Notes: a model not told the origin generated them from the letters alone. A stretch of DNA of 64,000 nt from Camelus ferus (GCF_009834535.1 NC_045697.1:96536001-96600000); one strand, 5' to 3'. Counted from the stretch's first letter, positions 1 to 13,352 are shown. A program made the numbers and translations.

Positions 1-149
1 GTGTGGAATTCCATATAAGAAAACACATATTAGACCATATAAAATGTTGTATAAAAGACTTTTTTAAGTAATATGTGCCATTACTAAAGTAAGCAGTCAA
101 AAAATTTCTTAAATAATTGCCATGTACATGGTAGAAAAAGGGTTAATGT

Positions 150-850
150 GTATAATATTCCCAGAACTAATACAAATTGATAAATGGAAAAATAATATCA
201 AAACAGAAAAAAATCTGTTAACTGAACATTCACAGAAGAGCAAGTATTGAAAGCCAATAAACGCATAAAGTTTGCATATTTATGCATAAAATACTCAAAC
301 TCACAAGTAGCCAAAGAATGACTGTTTAATACTAACATATTTATAGGATAATGACATATCACTCAGCACCCATCAGAAAGGCAAAAGTTAAAATGGGTTA
401 TAACATCTGTTGCTGTCAGGGATTTAAGGAGAAAGAAATACTCTCACTTAAGTCTGTGGGGAATACAAAATGTTACAGGCATCTTGGATGTAATGGGGCA
501 ATATGAAATTAAGAATACTAAGAATTAATACTTTTAATTAAGAAATTAAAAACCTTTGATTCAGAAAAACATGTAGTATGCAAGGACATACATATAAGAA
601 CGTTTGCTCATAGCAGAGAACAAAGATAAATATATAATCATGAGAAAATATTTTAATAAAGCACATCCATGCCGTGGAATACCATGTAGCCATTGTAAGC
701 AATGATCGATAGATGTGCTAATTTACTTGGATAAATTTCTATTTTATAAAAGGCGGTTGATACAGATATATGAAGGGAGGTATTATTTTTGAAAAGCAAA
801 AGGAAACATTTAAGCCCTATATTCAGATAAGTGAATATATTATAATAATA
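150..850 (+). mobile_element. Old L1 (L1M-type) ORF2 3' end/3' UTR fragment
   Basis: Degenerate L1 motifs (gaacattcacagaagag...gccaataaac, catccatgccgtggaataccatgtagccatt). Confidence 0.65.
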
Positions 851-1029
851 TAAATATCAACTATAGTATAAATGTTTTTTATATAATTACATGAACTTAA
901 ATAAAATTACATTATTCTGAATACTGAATTGCCACTATGGACTATTTTGGGAGATATAATGATGTAAAAAAGATACTGAAGTTAAAAATATGCATCACAT
1001 TATAAATTTATATAAAATTATGTATTGAC

Positions 1030-1240
1030 ATTCATAGTGGACTTTCAAAGTAAAACAGCCAATGAATATCTTAGTTCATTTCAAACCAGAGAGTTCTAGA
1101 AATCCATTATGTACTCTTCTGATAAAATGAACATTAAAGTATTGAGGGAAATACCAGACAAGCAGAAAAATTCAACTAAATGAAAATCAAATTTCTTCAC
1201 TAAATTAGAGTTCACTAGTTTTTTTTTTCCTATTTCTGAA
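1030..1240 (-). pseudogene. Pseudo-exon: start of glycosyltransferase-like domain
   Basis: LVKKFDFHL (~1177-1203) and, with one extra C removed, YFPNTLMFILSEEY (1111-1153), then NELRY, vs recalled VVKEYEMAIYKKYWPNHIMLVLPSIF...KELSY; boundaries approximate. Confidence 0.6.
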
Positions 1241-1721
1241 TACAATAGCTAAACCAATTTTAAAATTTATAAAAGGCATTATCTTTTCTGCCTTTTCAAA
1301 AGATTACTTGTTCCTAATTATGGCTAAACATGTTCACATCTGCCTTAAAATAGCCCCTTATTGTAGCAATTAAGTTAACATACAAAAATTGTTTCTGCTA
1401 ATAAGAGAGATTTGATTTAGATGTCTTTTACCAATATGCATCCAAACATTAAACAACAAGTGAACTTTAAATACTAGATCTCATAATATATGTTACAAAA
1501 TATTTTGGGAAAATAATCTCTCTTATACTTGCATCAATGTTTTGAATAATAATAGATGTTTCCCCAGATCTACTTTTCGTTCCACAAGTTTTTAAAAGAG
1601 AAGTCTTTCTTTAATTCTATACACTTGGATTAACAGAAGCAATCTAATGCATGTTAACCTAATGAAAGAGAAGTAGTGAATCAAACCACATTTATTTCAG
1701 TTCACTTGTTCACAGGCTCAC

Positions 1722-1777
1722 TCATCTGTGAAATCTAATGAAACGCTTCTGGAATGAAAGGGATAAAGACACAGAAG
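1722..1777 (-). pseudogene. Pseudo-exon, 56 nt
   Basis: tttttttacag acceptor, TGA|gtgagc donor; FCVFIPFIPEAFH (cf. recalled LYFIIPKSKE). Confidence 0.5.
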
Positions 1778-1984
1778 CTGTAAAAAAAATTTGTGGGAAA
1801 ATCTGAATTTGAGGAAATAAAATAAGGGTTTATGGAAGCTGATACTTCTGTAAGAAAACTTTCTAACAATGAATTCTACTGAATTTAGTGCACATTATTT
1901 CATAAAATTGAATTGCTTGCCCAATCAATTTGATCGACTATCTGAAACCATGTTTCATTGTTAACAAAATTTAGAAATGCTTAC

Positions 1985-2076
1985 CATGGGCTACACTTAT
2001 CCATAGAAACTAGAATTACACAGATTATAATTTATTAATTGAAACATGGATTTTAATTTATCATTCACTTAGAAAC
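1985..2076 (-). pseudogene. Pseudo-exon, 92 nt
   Basis: gttcttag acceptor, ATG|gtaagc donor; stops in all frames. Confidence 0.5.
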
Positions 2077-2205
2077 CTAAGAACACAGAGTCCCAGATTT
2101 AATAAACCTCAAATAATATTATTGTCATTTTAACCTATTGGAAAATTTCAGCAGCTGAAAAATGTAAATAGGAAAGAAAAAAAAAATCACAACCAGGTAA
2201 TTTAC

Positions 2206-2302
2206 CTGCTAATTTCATGAATTCTTGGTCATTCAAATTTATCTGAGATTTTGAGTCTAATCCAGTTTTGCAGCACTTGTGGAACACCAGTAATTTTGCT
2301 GC
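2206..2302 (-). pseudogene. Pseudo-exon, 97 nt
   Basis: acaaag acceptor, CAG|gtaaat donor; AAKLLVFHKCCKTGLDSKSQINLNDQEFMKLA open. Confidence 0.55.
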
Positions 2303-2617
2303 CTTTGTTATATACACACACATACACACACAGATAAAACCTTCAGTTCTAGTAAATACTGATAAATAAATTCAGCCCACTCGAAATCAACTGTAAAACG
2401 TGGTTTTGTGTAAATTTAACACACATGCACACCCACTTAACAGATGGATAACAAGTATGTAAGAACTTAGTTGAAAATCTGGTAACATAAAACCATCCAA
2501 AATCTTCCCCCCCCACCCCCCATTATCAGTGCTAAATTTGCATAGGAATGTAGCAGAATGATGCTTTAGAAAATTCTGGAAACATGTAAGCCAGAAAACC
2601 ATTCTTACAGAACTTAC

Positions 2618-2745
2618 ATCCTTTTTATAGCAAAATATATAGTATACAACTTGTTTGACACATTTTGGGTCCTGTTTTACATGCCTTCCTACATATCCTT
2701 CCTGGATAAACTTTATCCATATAAAAATGTACATCTGGTACATAT
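2618..2745 (-). pseudogene. Pseudo-exon, 128 nt
   Basis: tttacttgaag acceptor, GAT|gtaagt donor. Confidence 0.6.
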
Positions 2746-2896
2746 CTTCAAGTAAATAAAAATGTATATAATTATTTTAGGAGCTTCATATGAATCCAAA
2801 ATACAGGGATCACACAATGATTTTTCTGCATGGACATTCAGATTACTTCCAGGTTTCATTTGATTCTACTAACACAGCTAAAACAAACACACTCAC

Positions 2897-2959
2897 TTCT
2901 GTATTTTCTTTCTGGGACTTCTACGTTTTTGAACAGATAGCCAAAAAGGAGGGTCTGAC
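2897..2959 (-). pseudogene. Pseudo-exon, 63 nt
   Basis: atttccag acceptor, GAA|gtgagt donor; open in two frames. Confidence 0.6.
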
Positions 2960-3107
2960 CTGGAAATTATGGACATTTTAAGTACAATTGCTATGGCTAG
3001 GCTGTTTGCCTATATTATCGGATAATTCCTACTTGCAATGGTAATGAAAGTCAGCTTCTCCAGGGCCCCCTTAACATTAAATGTTATTTTCACTTAATAT
3101 TTATTAC

Positions 3108-3333
3108 TCAGTGTAAAAAGTGGCAGCTTTCTGTGACTTACATGCTTTATTACTCTCCATTAACCGCTCTGTTTGCTGTGGTCTTTGAGTCTTTGGCTTA
3201 CTCTTTAGCCCACTTTTCTCAGTGAACCTTTGGAGGGTCCTTCTTCCCACAACTCTGACCCAGTTCCTAGGTGGTGGTATCTTGTTTAATAATCTCAATA
3301 CAGTCATTATTAGTTTTTCCAATAACGTATCCA
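3108..3333 (-). pseudogene. Pseudo-exon, open
   Basis: ORF 3104..3334 frame; TGA|gtaata donor, phase-compatible with next exon. Confidence 0.5.
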
Positions 3334-3479
3334 CTCACAGCACAGCTTGTGTATTTAAATGGCTAAGCACACTTTCGTTAATAGCTACTAAGTAAATGTG
3401 TGTGTCAAAGTTTATTTCTCCCTTTTCTGGTTTTGTTTAGTCACCAACAGTTGGTCATTGATTTCTCCAACTATTTTCC

Positions 3480-4150
3480 TCTGATGAATATGCCATTAAT
3501 ATATTCTATAAAATAATTTCCCATCCTAAAATATTTTTCTTTTGCCTTAAAGGATAAATTGTATATGTGTACATATACTATTTTTGGATTATTTTTCCTC
3601 TTTGTCTCACTGACTTCTACTAGATACTACTGATGAAAAGCTGTTGCTAATCTGATACTTTTCCTTCTCTAAGTAACTTGTAATCTACTGGAAGGTCTGG
3701 ATTATTGTCTTTATGCTTGGAATTCAAGATATTCCATAGGATGGTAGGGCATTTTTTTAATCAGTCCTGGGACATGATGAGATTTTTTAAGTCTTCCTTT
3801 GGATCAGATAAATTGTCCCCTTTGATTTATATAATCATTTCTTCTATATCATCTATTCCTTTTCTTTTTCTAAAAGACATATTATTTTTCTGTTATTGCT
3901 CTGGCAACCATCCTAAAGTCTTCTTATTGTTTCCATTACATGTCTTCTCTATTTGTTCTGTGGGCTCTGAGTTATTAATTTCACATGATCTGCCAAGCCA
4001 CTCACTTGGTGCTGAATACTGATGACCCAGTCTTCCAGATGCTTAAATCAGTTTTCACAATGTTAATATCATGATTTTAATAACTTAATTAGTGCTCCTT
4101 GAGGGCTTATATTACCATGTTGTTAAGGTTGTTGCCTGCCGACTCCAACG
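3480..4150 (-). mobile_element. Old L1M fragment
   Basis: T-rich, degenerate antisense L1-like text (ctgatgaaaagctgttgctaatctgat). Confidence 0.45.
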
Positions 4151-5589
4151 ACTGTTTCAGCAGGAGCAACTTGATCTCTGGGTCCTGTGTGTTATTTTTT
4201 CCTGTTTGTGCTCTTAAGTGTAATTTTTTTTCCCCTTTCGCCCTCTTAGTGATCAGGTTAAGTTATTAGACTGCATTGAACAAAGAGATAATCACCAGAA
4301 GGCACAGCTTTTTCTATGCCTCTGACCAGGCAGGAGACAATCTCTTAACTGCCCACTGTCACTTGACATCAGAGAAAAATCCTCTTTGCTCCCAGGTCCA
4401 CCAGATGGATTTGTCAGACCTTTCCCAGCCTCAGAACCTGAAAACCATTCAGCTCTCTTTGGTAGCTCCTTTCCAGATTCAGAAAGACAAAGTTGGCCTG
4501 AGCAACAGTTTACGTGAGCCGCAAGGACAGCTCTTCCTTGAGCACCTCTATACTGAGCCCGCACTGGTTACTGGGTCATCCCGTTCTAGTCCTCAACCGA
4601 GAACCAAGTCCTGTGCTTCAGGGCACCCAGATAAAGCCTTTTGCCTCAAATGCCTTCTCTAGTTTTGATGTAAACAAAACAAAAACAAAAACAAAACTAT
4701 TATCTTATCCCGAAGAAGATGAGATAGAAAACAGGAGATTTTTTCCCCCAAACATCTCTCTCAGTAAAATTAATTCTTCAAATAAAGTAATGAAATATGA
4801 TTATTTAGGAACACTGTATCTATCTGGATATTAAAATAATTATTTTAGTCTTTTTTTCCCCCAAAATTCATATGCACCGTCCTATATCATTCTGCTAGGT
4901 TTTACGTGTGGCCTGCTCATTTTGTTATTAACACCACTTGGGGGCGGGGGGGGTGGGTTGGGACAGGAAGGAAGAAGGGATGTAAGAAGTGGTATATCTA
5001 GCCTTTATAATATTGTACTGCAATAAGCTACGTAGCAATCCTAAGAGGGTATTTTCTTCTGTGGAGGAGGTGATGCAGGGTGGGAAGGGGCAAAAGGGGA
5101 AGAGAATCAATTACTTGTTTGGATACAGTGTGACTGTCCCTCCCTTTACTCTCTTCTTCTATTTTACGAATGAATCCTACTTACGAAACATAATTAAATC
5201 TAACATTAGTGAAGAGGTGCTGCTGACTACAGAGTAGGTTCTGGAACTTTGTCAAATGAAAGGTGCTCATAACAAACATAATACATCACTCTCCCAATTA
5301 TGGGGATCGTTCAGGAAGCCTCTGGCAGGAAGCACTGGCTGGAACTACCGGGCAGCAGTCAGCTGGTTTCATTAGGGTTAGTCCATGACTCACAGGGGTC
5401 ATATTCTCCCAAGTATAATGACCATAAAATAAGTGTTTAGAGAAACATTAGATTCATAGTGTGAAATGAATTCTATGAAGATCGTTAAGTTCTATGGCTG
5501 CCGAAATAAATATTTTTAAAGACAAAAGCACAAAATATTTGGAGTTTCTAGTTCCCACATTAACCAAAGGAGGCAGTGGTGGGAGGATT

Positions 5590-5890
5590 GTCTGCTGCCC
5601 AATGAAGTCATTAAAGGATTGTGGTGGTGGGCAAGTCTGCCATCTTCAATATGTGGCTTCCAGAACTGCTCTGTGGGCTGTCTTCATTCCTGTCAGTCAG
5701 GAGAGAGAGGAGCACAGATGGACAGATATGGGGTGGAGGGGGGTTAAACAGGCCAGTCTGGAGGTGGTTCCCACCACTTCTACTCCAGTTCCACTGACTG
5801 AAATGCAATCGCATGGCCCAGCCAACTGCAAGGGGGGCTGCAAAATGGAGTCTAGCTCTAGGCCGACGGAGAAAAGAAAGTCTCTGCTTC
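5590..5890. mobile_element. MLT1 (ERVL-MaLR) LTR fragment
   Basis: Typical MLT1 motif catggcccagccaactgcaaggggggctgcaaaatggagtctagct. Confidence 0.7.
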
Positions 5891-6517
5891 ACGGGCTTAA
5901 ACTAAGGTTAATTAACAAATACACAAATATCAATTTAAAATAATATAAATATGATTTAACATTACGGATGATCCATACTTACCTAGAAGCAAGGATGAAA
6001 CTGGTTCAGTACTTTTGTATTTTCTGCTCCTATAAACCACACGTTCAAAATGCTCTAATGGGCAGCCCACTCGTAGTAAATGGCACATATTTTTCTCTTG
6101 AGAGGAATGTTATGGCTTACTCTAGCTCTTGGTGGAAAGACAATATTGAGGGGAAAATGATATACTGGGGGAATATCTGAATTTTTTCTTCTATTATTTT
6201 TTAGCAGCTGCACTTTGTGCTTGTGAATTTTGCATGACCAGCTTGCCCCTGCACAAGGCTCTGGTGGGGGTGGCATCAGCAGAGCTGCTCCAATGCCCCA
6301 ATACATGTTTGCTGCGTGCAGTAACCATGCTAATCAAACTGCAGCCTCGGGCGTTGAAATCTTACATGGACTGATACTAAGAAAGAATGTTGTGAACAAC
6401 CAATTCTGTCAAAGTCCTGAGTAAGAGGCACTGAGTTCTGCTGCTGAGACTGATGCACTCACTCGGTTTTACCCAAAGCCTAGTTTTTAGATGTTTCCTT
6501 AGATATAGTAAGCAGTT

Positions 6518-6562
6518 TCTCTCTCTCTTTCTCTCTCTGTGTGTGTGTGTGTGTGTGTGTGT
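6518..6562. repeat. (CT)n(GT)n microsatellite
   Basis: Direct reading. Confidence 0.95.
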
Positions 6563-6660
6563 TTAATGATTTTTGCTTAAATTAGTTAGATTCAGGATCT
6601 TTTGTTGATTTCTGAGGAAACTAAAACACTCCAACACCATGTACTGACTCCCCACCCCAG

Positions 6661-6790
6661 CTTTCTCCCCTGCCCCCAGGTCTGGGCCACTTCTGAGTGG
6701 GGCAGTGGGTTCTAACTCGGCTCATACTGAGAATGTAAGAACTACAAACAAAATTTCTATTAAATTAAGTTTTGTGTCTTCAAAAAAAAA
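6661..6790 (+). pseudogene. CALR: 5'-truncated processed retrocopy of calreticulin mRNA 3' UTR end
   Basis: Close match to recalled CALR 3' terminus (ctttctcccctgcccccagg...gaatgtaagaactacaaacaaaatttctattaaatt...tgtgtct), ATTAAA signal, then A9 tail. Confidence 0.8.
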
Positions 6791-8836
6791 TTAGGTAATC
6801 CCAAGAAAATATAGGATGTTGGACCCACATCTGTAGTTTAAAGGTATAAAATTTTAGCAACCACAATCAACTAGTCTTTGGCAAATAATTACTAAATAAG
6901 TTACTAAGCAGAAGTGTGAGGCTATATTAATGGTATCAGAGACCATCCAAGCAAGCAAAGCATTTTTTTTAAGATTCAGTGGGAAGGAAAACTTGGCCTG
7001 TCTGTACAAGCACGTGGCCCGTGGCACGTTTCTCAGTGATGTGTGACGCTGCTCCTGTGTGACTTTAAAACATCCCTTCTACGTAAGGTTTAGGAACCAA
7101 AAATCTTATTTTCAGGAATGAAAAGCCACCAGGTTTGTGGCTTCAGCTTCTACCCAGAAGGAGAAATCAACAAGTGCTGTCAACTACCTGTCTACTTACT
7201 GTCCAGAGACATTAGTTTTGTGGCCTTGAAAACTTAACTTTTCAGGCTAAGAGACATCCGCTGATGATTAAAATTCTCATGCTGCAGCTATTTTTATTTT
7301 ATGACTTAAAAATATTTAATTGGCATGTACCCTGAGGCTTTCTGCAATGGGTTTATCTTACAAATAATTAATAACCAACATGAAAAGCAATATTTTAATT
7401 TCTAAGCAAATTAACTGTCCAACTTTTATGTCTGTTGTGGTCATATTTTTGTCAGATGGTCTAAGAAAAGCAGATAGAACAGATGACTATAATCAGAGTT
7501 AACACAAAAGGGCTTAAGAGGAATGAATTAAATTGATTAAGCCAGCAGTTTCAAGATTACCATTTTTAAATAAAAACTGTATACTATTAATTCATTTTGT
7601 AATTAGCCTGTCAACTATTCATTTTGAATGTATGTTTATAGCAAAAGCCTAAGGCTGTTATACACGCATGTCAATGTCAGGTGTGACAATGTTAATATCC
7701 TAAACTGAGGCCCATCTATATAACATACTTAACAATGAGACTACTTCACAGTCAGCAACACTCAATACCCAAGAAAAAGTGAGGTTTTAGGTATTTTGAC
7801 CGTATATCATGAACCCAGGGGCTTCACATATGGTTTGTCCATTCAAATTTGGATTATTATTGCCATTTCTATTCTGAATGTAATAACTTTAATTCAAAGA
7901 CTTCCTCTCACTCACTCTTTTCCTCGCTCTTTCTACCTTTCTTCCTCTCTCTCTACCTCACCTATCTTGCCTTCTCTCTCTCTTTCCCACTCATCATTTG
8001 TAAATCTGCAGTTCCAACATTTGAATTTTTCTTAATTCCTGACATAACGTACATTCCTTTTATTTAGCGACATACAAGTGCATTGTGCACGTGTGTATGG
8101 TATTATATTGATATGACTATATTGATCTATCTTCTTGAGCAACAACAAACCAAAAAAACACACAAGGAAATCTCAAATGCTTTATGTTTGAGATTTTGAG
8201 ATGCTCTCCTGATATACTCACTGCTAAGTTAGTTCAATGAATGTTCAGTTACCAATTGAAAAATGGGAAACACATAGAAACCTACAATAACAGGAGAATC
8301 AGAAAAAGATTCTCAGTCTTCCTACTATACTCCCAGGACTGGGAAACGTCATGATAGTCTTCATTACAGCGAGGGGTCCACTGATCTCCAACCAGCTGTA
8401 ATTTCAGGTTAGCTCAGCCTCTTTACCTAAACCTCTTTTTTTAAGAGAGAGGTACAAGGAAGGAAGCAGTTACATTAATGGTCAGATTGATGAACAGAAA
8501 ATCAAGGCCAGATGTAGATTAAAAGACCATGATTTTTCCAAGGCCTTGGCTTGGATTATTAGCAAAGTCCCAAAAGTCCATTAAGAAGAAATTGAGGATT
8601 TTCAGGGTGTTGAAACTGCAGGGAATGGAAGGACAGATATTTAAGGCACTTTCTAGGAGAATACCTGAGCCTTTAAGACACTTCAGGGCGGAGCATGTAC
8701 AAGGAAGTCTCTGCTGCTAAAAGGGATTACTTTCCCTACAACAACGTGGATGTATTACTGTGCCAATGTATCTCATCCCCACCAGGAAGTGGATGAGGAA
8801 AGAGGGAAACAAAAAAACTGTTGAGAGTAATATTAC

Positions 8837-9142
8837 TTTCCCCTCCCGTATCTGTCAGATCCAAAGCATTTTTGGTTTTGCATATTTCCATTTGGAACTT
8901 TCTCTTAACTTCCCTCAATAGTATTTTAAAGTGAAAATTACTACTCCATTGCACTTTTAGGGCTAAGGTTGGTAACAGCTTCCTGTTATGGAGTTCCAGA
9001 GTAATTCACTGTTCCTTTTGGTATCACTTTAATTTTTCCATTGCTTTATGAGCAGTCCATTGATTAGAATCCTTTTTGTCTACACTTTGTTTCATCAGTT
9101 TCTTATCTGATTGATTCAGAGTCCTTGATTTCCCTTTAGGTC
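8837..9142 (-). pseudogene. Pseudo-exon, ~300 nt
   Basis: ~100 codons in one frame with only two TGA stops (MEKLK*YQKEQ*ITLELHNRKLLPTLALKVQW...); AAA|gtaata donor; acceptor degenerate. Confidence 0.55.
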
Positions 9143-9559
9143 CCACAGTGAAATGATCAGCAAATGAGGACATTTCTACTTTCAAATTGTATCCATAATC
9201 TTATCTTACAACATTCACAGCTAACCATTCTCCAGGGCTTCCCCCACTTTTATGCCATGGCCTAGGGAGATGGACAGTACTGTTATTAACACTGAGATAA
9301 AGGGACAGGGCTGCTCACAGCGGAAGGGTTAGGCCATGGGGACAGCAGACATGTAGATCCTTCAAATTGCCGAGGGCTGAGAGGATTGCACAGAACTTGG
9401 GACACCCTGTTCTGGTTCAAGCCATTATTGTCAGTGCCCGAATTAGGGCAAGAGCTGCTCTCCCAACACCCCTCATTCCCTTGGTCGGAACAGCTGGGTT
9501 AGCATTTGAGTCATGCTTCATAGCTCCTCGCTGCAGACCTAAAAACAAGGTAGCATTAC

Positions 9560-10180
9560 AGGTAAAATAAACCCACACTACAACACCATTATAAAGCCTG
9601 TCTTCTGCCGACACCCCCAACTTCTCATCCGCACTGCAGTTACTAGACATCTTGGTTGTCCCTCAGAAATCCTTTGGTTATACTATGTTTGGCACATTTT
9701 CAGTTGTTCCTTTTCCTTGGAACAGTCCTCCCAGAGCTGCACTGCCTTGTGTGCCTTGTATACCATTTCACTCTGGTGACACTTCCTTAGAAAACTCATT
9801 TGCCGTCCAACTTGAAATCATTACCAGTCACTCTCTACCGTTATTATTGATCTTATTTTCCTCCTGGCTTAGATCAACCAGTAAGCTTATCCTATATTTT
9901 GATTTATTAATTTTTCTGGCTTCTCAAAGTAGAACATGGGCTCTTTGAGGGTAGAGATATTGTCATGAACCTACAACTGAAAGAATAATACCCGATTCCA
10001 TAGTAGTGGTTCAGAATTTTATGTGGATGATTGCTGTTTGACTTGAGAAGCTTAAATCTCCTTTAAGCCTCTTATTTCTTTCCTTTGAATTGGAAACAAT
10101 TGCATTGCTGATCTATCACTGTTTGGACTCGAGGATTAATTGACACATTTATGTAAGATGATACAGTGTTCTACAAAAGA
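9560..10180 (+). mobile_element. L2 3' fragment followed by MIR
   Basis: ctctttgagggtagagat...catagtagtggttcag (L2 end); aagcctcttatttctt...gaggattaattgac (MIR core). Confidence 0.6.
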
Positions 10181-10781
10181 TTAGACATACACGAGTAATG
10201 TGTTGTGATGGAACGCTGGGGCCAACTCCAGCACTGCAACATCTATCAAGTTTTCAGAAATTTGGGGAATTGACTGACGTCCCATGTGTAGCTTGAAAGT
10301 GGCTCCAGCTTAAAGTAAGTACTTCATGAAAATCATAAAATACTATACAAATCAGGGCCATTTTGTCCTCAAAGATCTGGTTAAATATTTAGCAGTACAT
10401 CATTAAATTCTGATCTACATTAATAAATATGCCTATTTAATATCAGTACTACAAAGAATGTATTATGAAGAAGTAGAAAATATTTTAAAGTAACAGCTTT
10501 ATGGATTAGGAACCAAAATAATATGAATTTAAATCATACTGAGTTTCTAACAATTTTTAAATGTTTAAATTCAATAAAATATAAATTTTAAATCATACTT
10601 AATTTTGGATTTGTAGTAACTAAATTATAATATACTTGTATCATCAAATCTGTTTTAAGGCATGTTCAAAGAAGGTAGCACTTTGTAGTTAAACATGGTA
10701 ATTTGAAAAAAATTAAATACTCTGAAATTTTATAAAATCTAAGCTATTTCTTTCTCACCCTCACCTTCTTAAAATCCTAAG

Positions 10782-10965
10782 ACAGTCATTCTACTATTTC
10801 ACTGGGCATTAGAATCACCAAGAGAGCTTTTAAAAATTTCAATACCCATGAGCCAAGGCCTATGACCAATTCAATTTGAATTTCTGATTTTTGGAACCCA
10901 GATATTAGTACCTTTTTAAGCTCCCTAAGTGATTCCAATATGTAGATAAAGTTGAGATCCACTAT
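10782..10965. mobile_element. MER5A-like hAT-Charlie element
   Basis: cattagaatcacc...gagcttttaaaaat...aagctccctaagtgattccaat...gttgagatccact. Confidence 0.8.
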
Positions 10966-12250
10966 CCTAAGGCATGAGAGTCTTGAAATGGCAGCATGCC
11001 TTGTAGATATGGATTTGGTATGAATATAGATAGAGATGGAATATTTCTACTTAAGCCTTATGCCAGTCAAGTTAAACTTTTGTAGATACATTATGTCATT
11101 ATCTCTGAAATGTGTTTGGTTGAAATCCAAGGAAGATAAATGAGCACTCTTCTTAGAAATGGTTTCATTTGGCAGACACCACCACTTCCATAAACAAACT
11201 GTTCAACAAAATGAATTCTTGGAATCATTGTAACTTTAAGAATAGGAATTAAAGAACTATGTGGCAGGTGCTATATGTAGCTGCAGTAAATATAATGGAA
11301 ACATTTGTACTCCTTTCATTATAAACAATATTATTTCTCCAGGGGCCTGTTCACAATTTTAAACATACATGTTGGCAGGCTGGTTTATCCATTCTCCCCG
11401 ACTATTGTCTAAACACACTCTCCTAAGATAAGAATGCACTGCCATTATCTACACAGGGAAATCTCTAATAGTGTCAGTTAAAATGGATAGTGTCAATTGT
11501 TTTATTAAATGAAATCAATAACGTGCCAAAATATTTCAGAAAAAAAAATTCATGACCGCTCCAAAATGTGCTTATCTACAAAGAAATATCATTTTTAACT
11601 AGCCAGCTACCTGGCTGTATCTAGATTTAGGTAAACACATTTCAGGCTATAGAGCAGTTACTGCTGTTGTTTTCTTATGAGACTTAAAGAATGAATCTGA
11701 AAGCAAAATAAAAACTGAAATAGAAAAAAACAGTTTCAAGAAACTGACCACAAACGCACTAGAGGTAACAATGGGAATGCCTTCTGCATTGCAGGAGCGT
11801 GGCATACACCGTGAAATGTATAAATGGGGCCAATGGAGACCTGCAAATTAAAGATTTAGCATCACTGCTCACTATATGCTGCTCTGAAGCAGATAGTCTG
11901 AAAGTTGAATGGACAGCATTTTTATATTATTCTTTTAGTCAATCCCCTTTTCTCCAATCAGTACACTGTACATCAGTTCATTTTTGTCTCCCTTTATATG
12001 TGATAGTTAGAACAATGCTGCATTGTAAAATTGTATATGCTGTAAAATGCCCAAATATATAAATTTTAGCTTGTTTTCAAATCATCTTATAATTAAAAAC
12101 TTGCTTTAAAAAGCAATCCTCTTATTTGCATTATCATAGGTATTTAGAAATCCCTGTTTAGAGGAAATAAACATTTGAAGTTTCCTGTAGAGTACATTTC
12201 TGTTTTTTTCTTCATGCCACAATGATTATTTTTTATTATTTAAGGTATGC

Positions 12251-12388
12251 CCTTTGGAAATTTATTGGTTCTTCCCAAGATGAAGACCATGAAATTTTAA
12301 AACGCTAAGAAGTACCACTGAAATGTGTAGAGGGTCAAAGTGGACGAACTTGTTAATTATTTCCAGCATATTCTGGATCATGAAAATA
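12251..12388 (-). pseudogene. Pseudo-exon
   Basis: attttcag acceptor, in phase: KWLDYVSGDL|YFHDPEY vs recalled PWPD...VSVHDPKY; donor uncertain. Confidence 0.55.
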
Positions 12389-12504
12389 CTGAAAATTATA
12401 ATATTTAAAACTAGATCATCATTATTTCAGAAGATTGTATAAGAGGTACAGGGAAAAAGGGACACTAGTGCAGAGTTCTTGATGCCCTCTGTGAATCCAC
12501 TCAC

Positions 12505-12708
12505 CAGGTCACCTGACACATAATCCAACCATTTCTCTGATGTACAGTCATACACTGAGCTTCTGCTGGTTCCAGCTTTACGGTTCACAAGCAATTCAAA
12601 TACCACCCCAAAAGTAAACATGTATTTCTCTTCAAATATGCTGAACCTATGTTCACATTCACGCAGAACAATACTACTGTCTCGAAACTGATTCTTTACA
12701 GGAGTGCG
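12505..12708 (-). pseudogene. Pseudo-exon, up to 204 nt, fully open
   Basis: CTG|gtgagt donor; 68 open codons ending SEKWLDYVSGDL; alternative acceptor at 12646. Confidence 0.65.
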
Positions 12709-13352
12709 CTAGATTCAACTTGAATGTTAGAATTAAAAATAAGTTAATTTCATAAAAACATTATTTTTCCAGAAATTAACTATAAATTTCAGGTTGATCT
12801 AAGTAATTTTGATTTAAATTTTGAAAGTCATTAATTATACCCATTTTTGTTTAAATTTTAATATAAAATTTTGAATATTTAACAGAACAATGTTTCTGGC
12901 AAACATGAGTAATTATATTTTTAATATTTATACTTATTTTAATTTACATACTTCATGAAAGTATATTCAACTTTTGCAACCTGAAAATTTACTTATATTT
13001 ATAATCTTTACATCTAAATATTTAAAAGATATCTTTACCATTTTAAAAGCATATGGCAATAATTATTGCCAATAGAATACAAATTAAGTAAAATCTTGAT
13101 TATAAATATAGTGATTTTTGTCAAAATAAAGGCAAGAAAAATAAATTGCATGCTAGTAACATAATTTGTAATAATATATAACTTGAAAATCTATATATTA
13201 AATTTTGAATCATGAAAGTTTTTATTCTTCTTCATCCAAATATTTCCTACCCATAAACAGAACAGCTGAGCTTATACAGTAATAATTATATTCAGTTGTC
13301 TTTGATATGTTGCTAAATTGTTGTCATTTAACAAAAACGACACTGATACACA

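Noticed and set aside
6055..6424. GIGAA peptide resembling GREB1 GVGAA; overlapping plus-strand exon-like ORF
   Set aside because: Out of colinear order (the motif should follow YFPN at ~1150); no other support.
11190..11235. FQEFILLN resembling the glycosyltransferase FI.LN motif
   Set aside because: Wrong position relative to other motifs; frame ambiguous.
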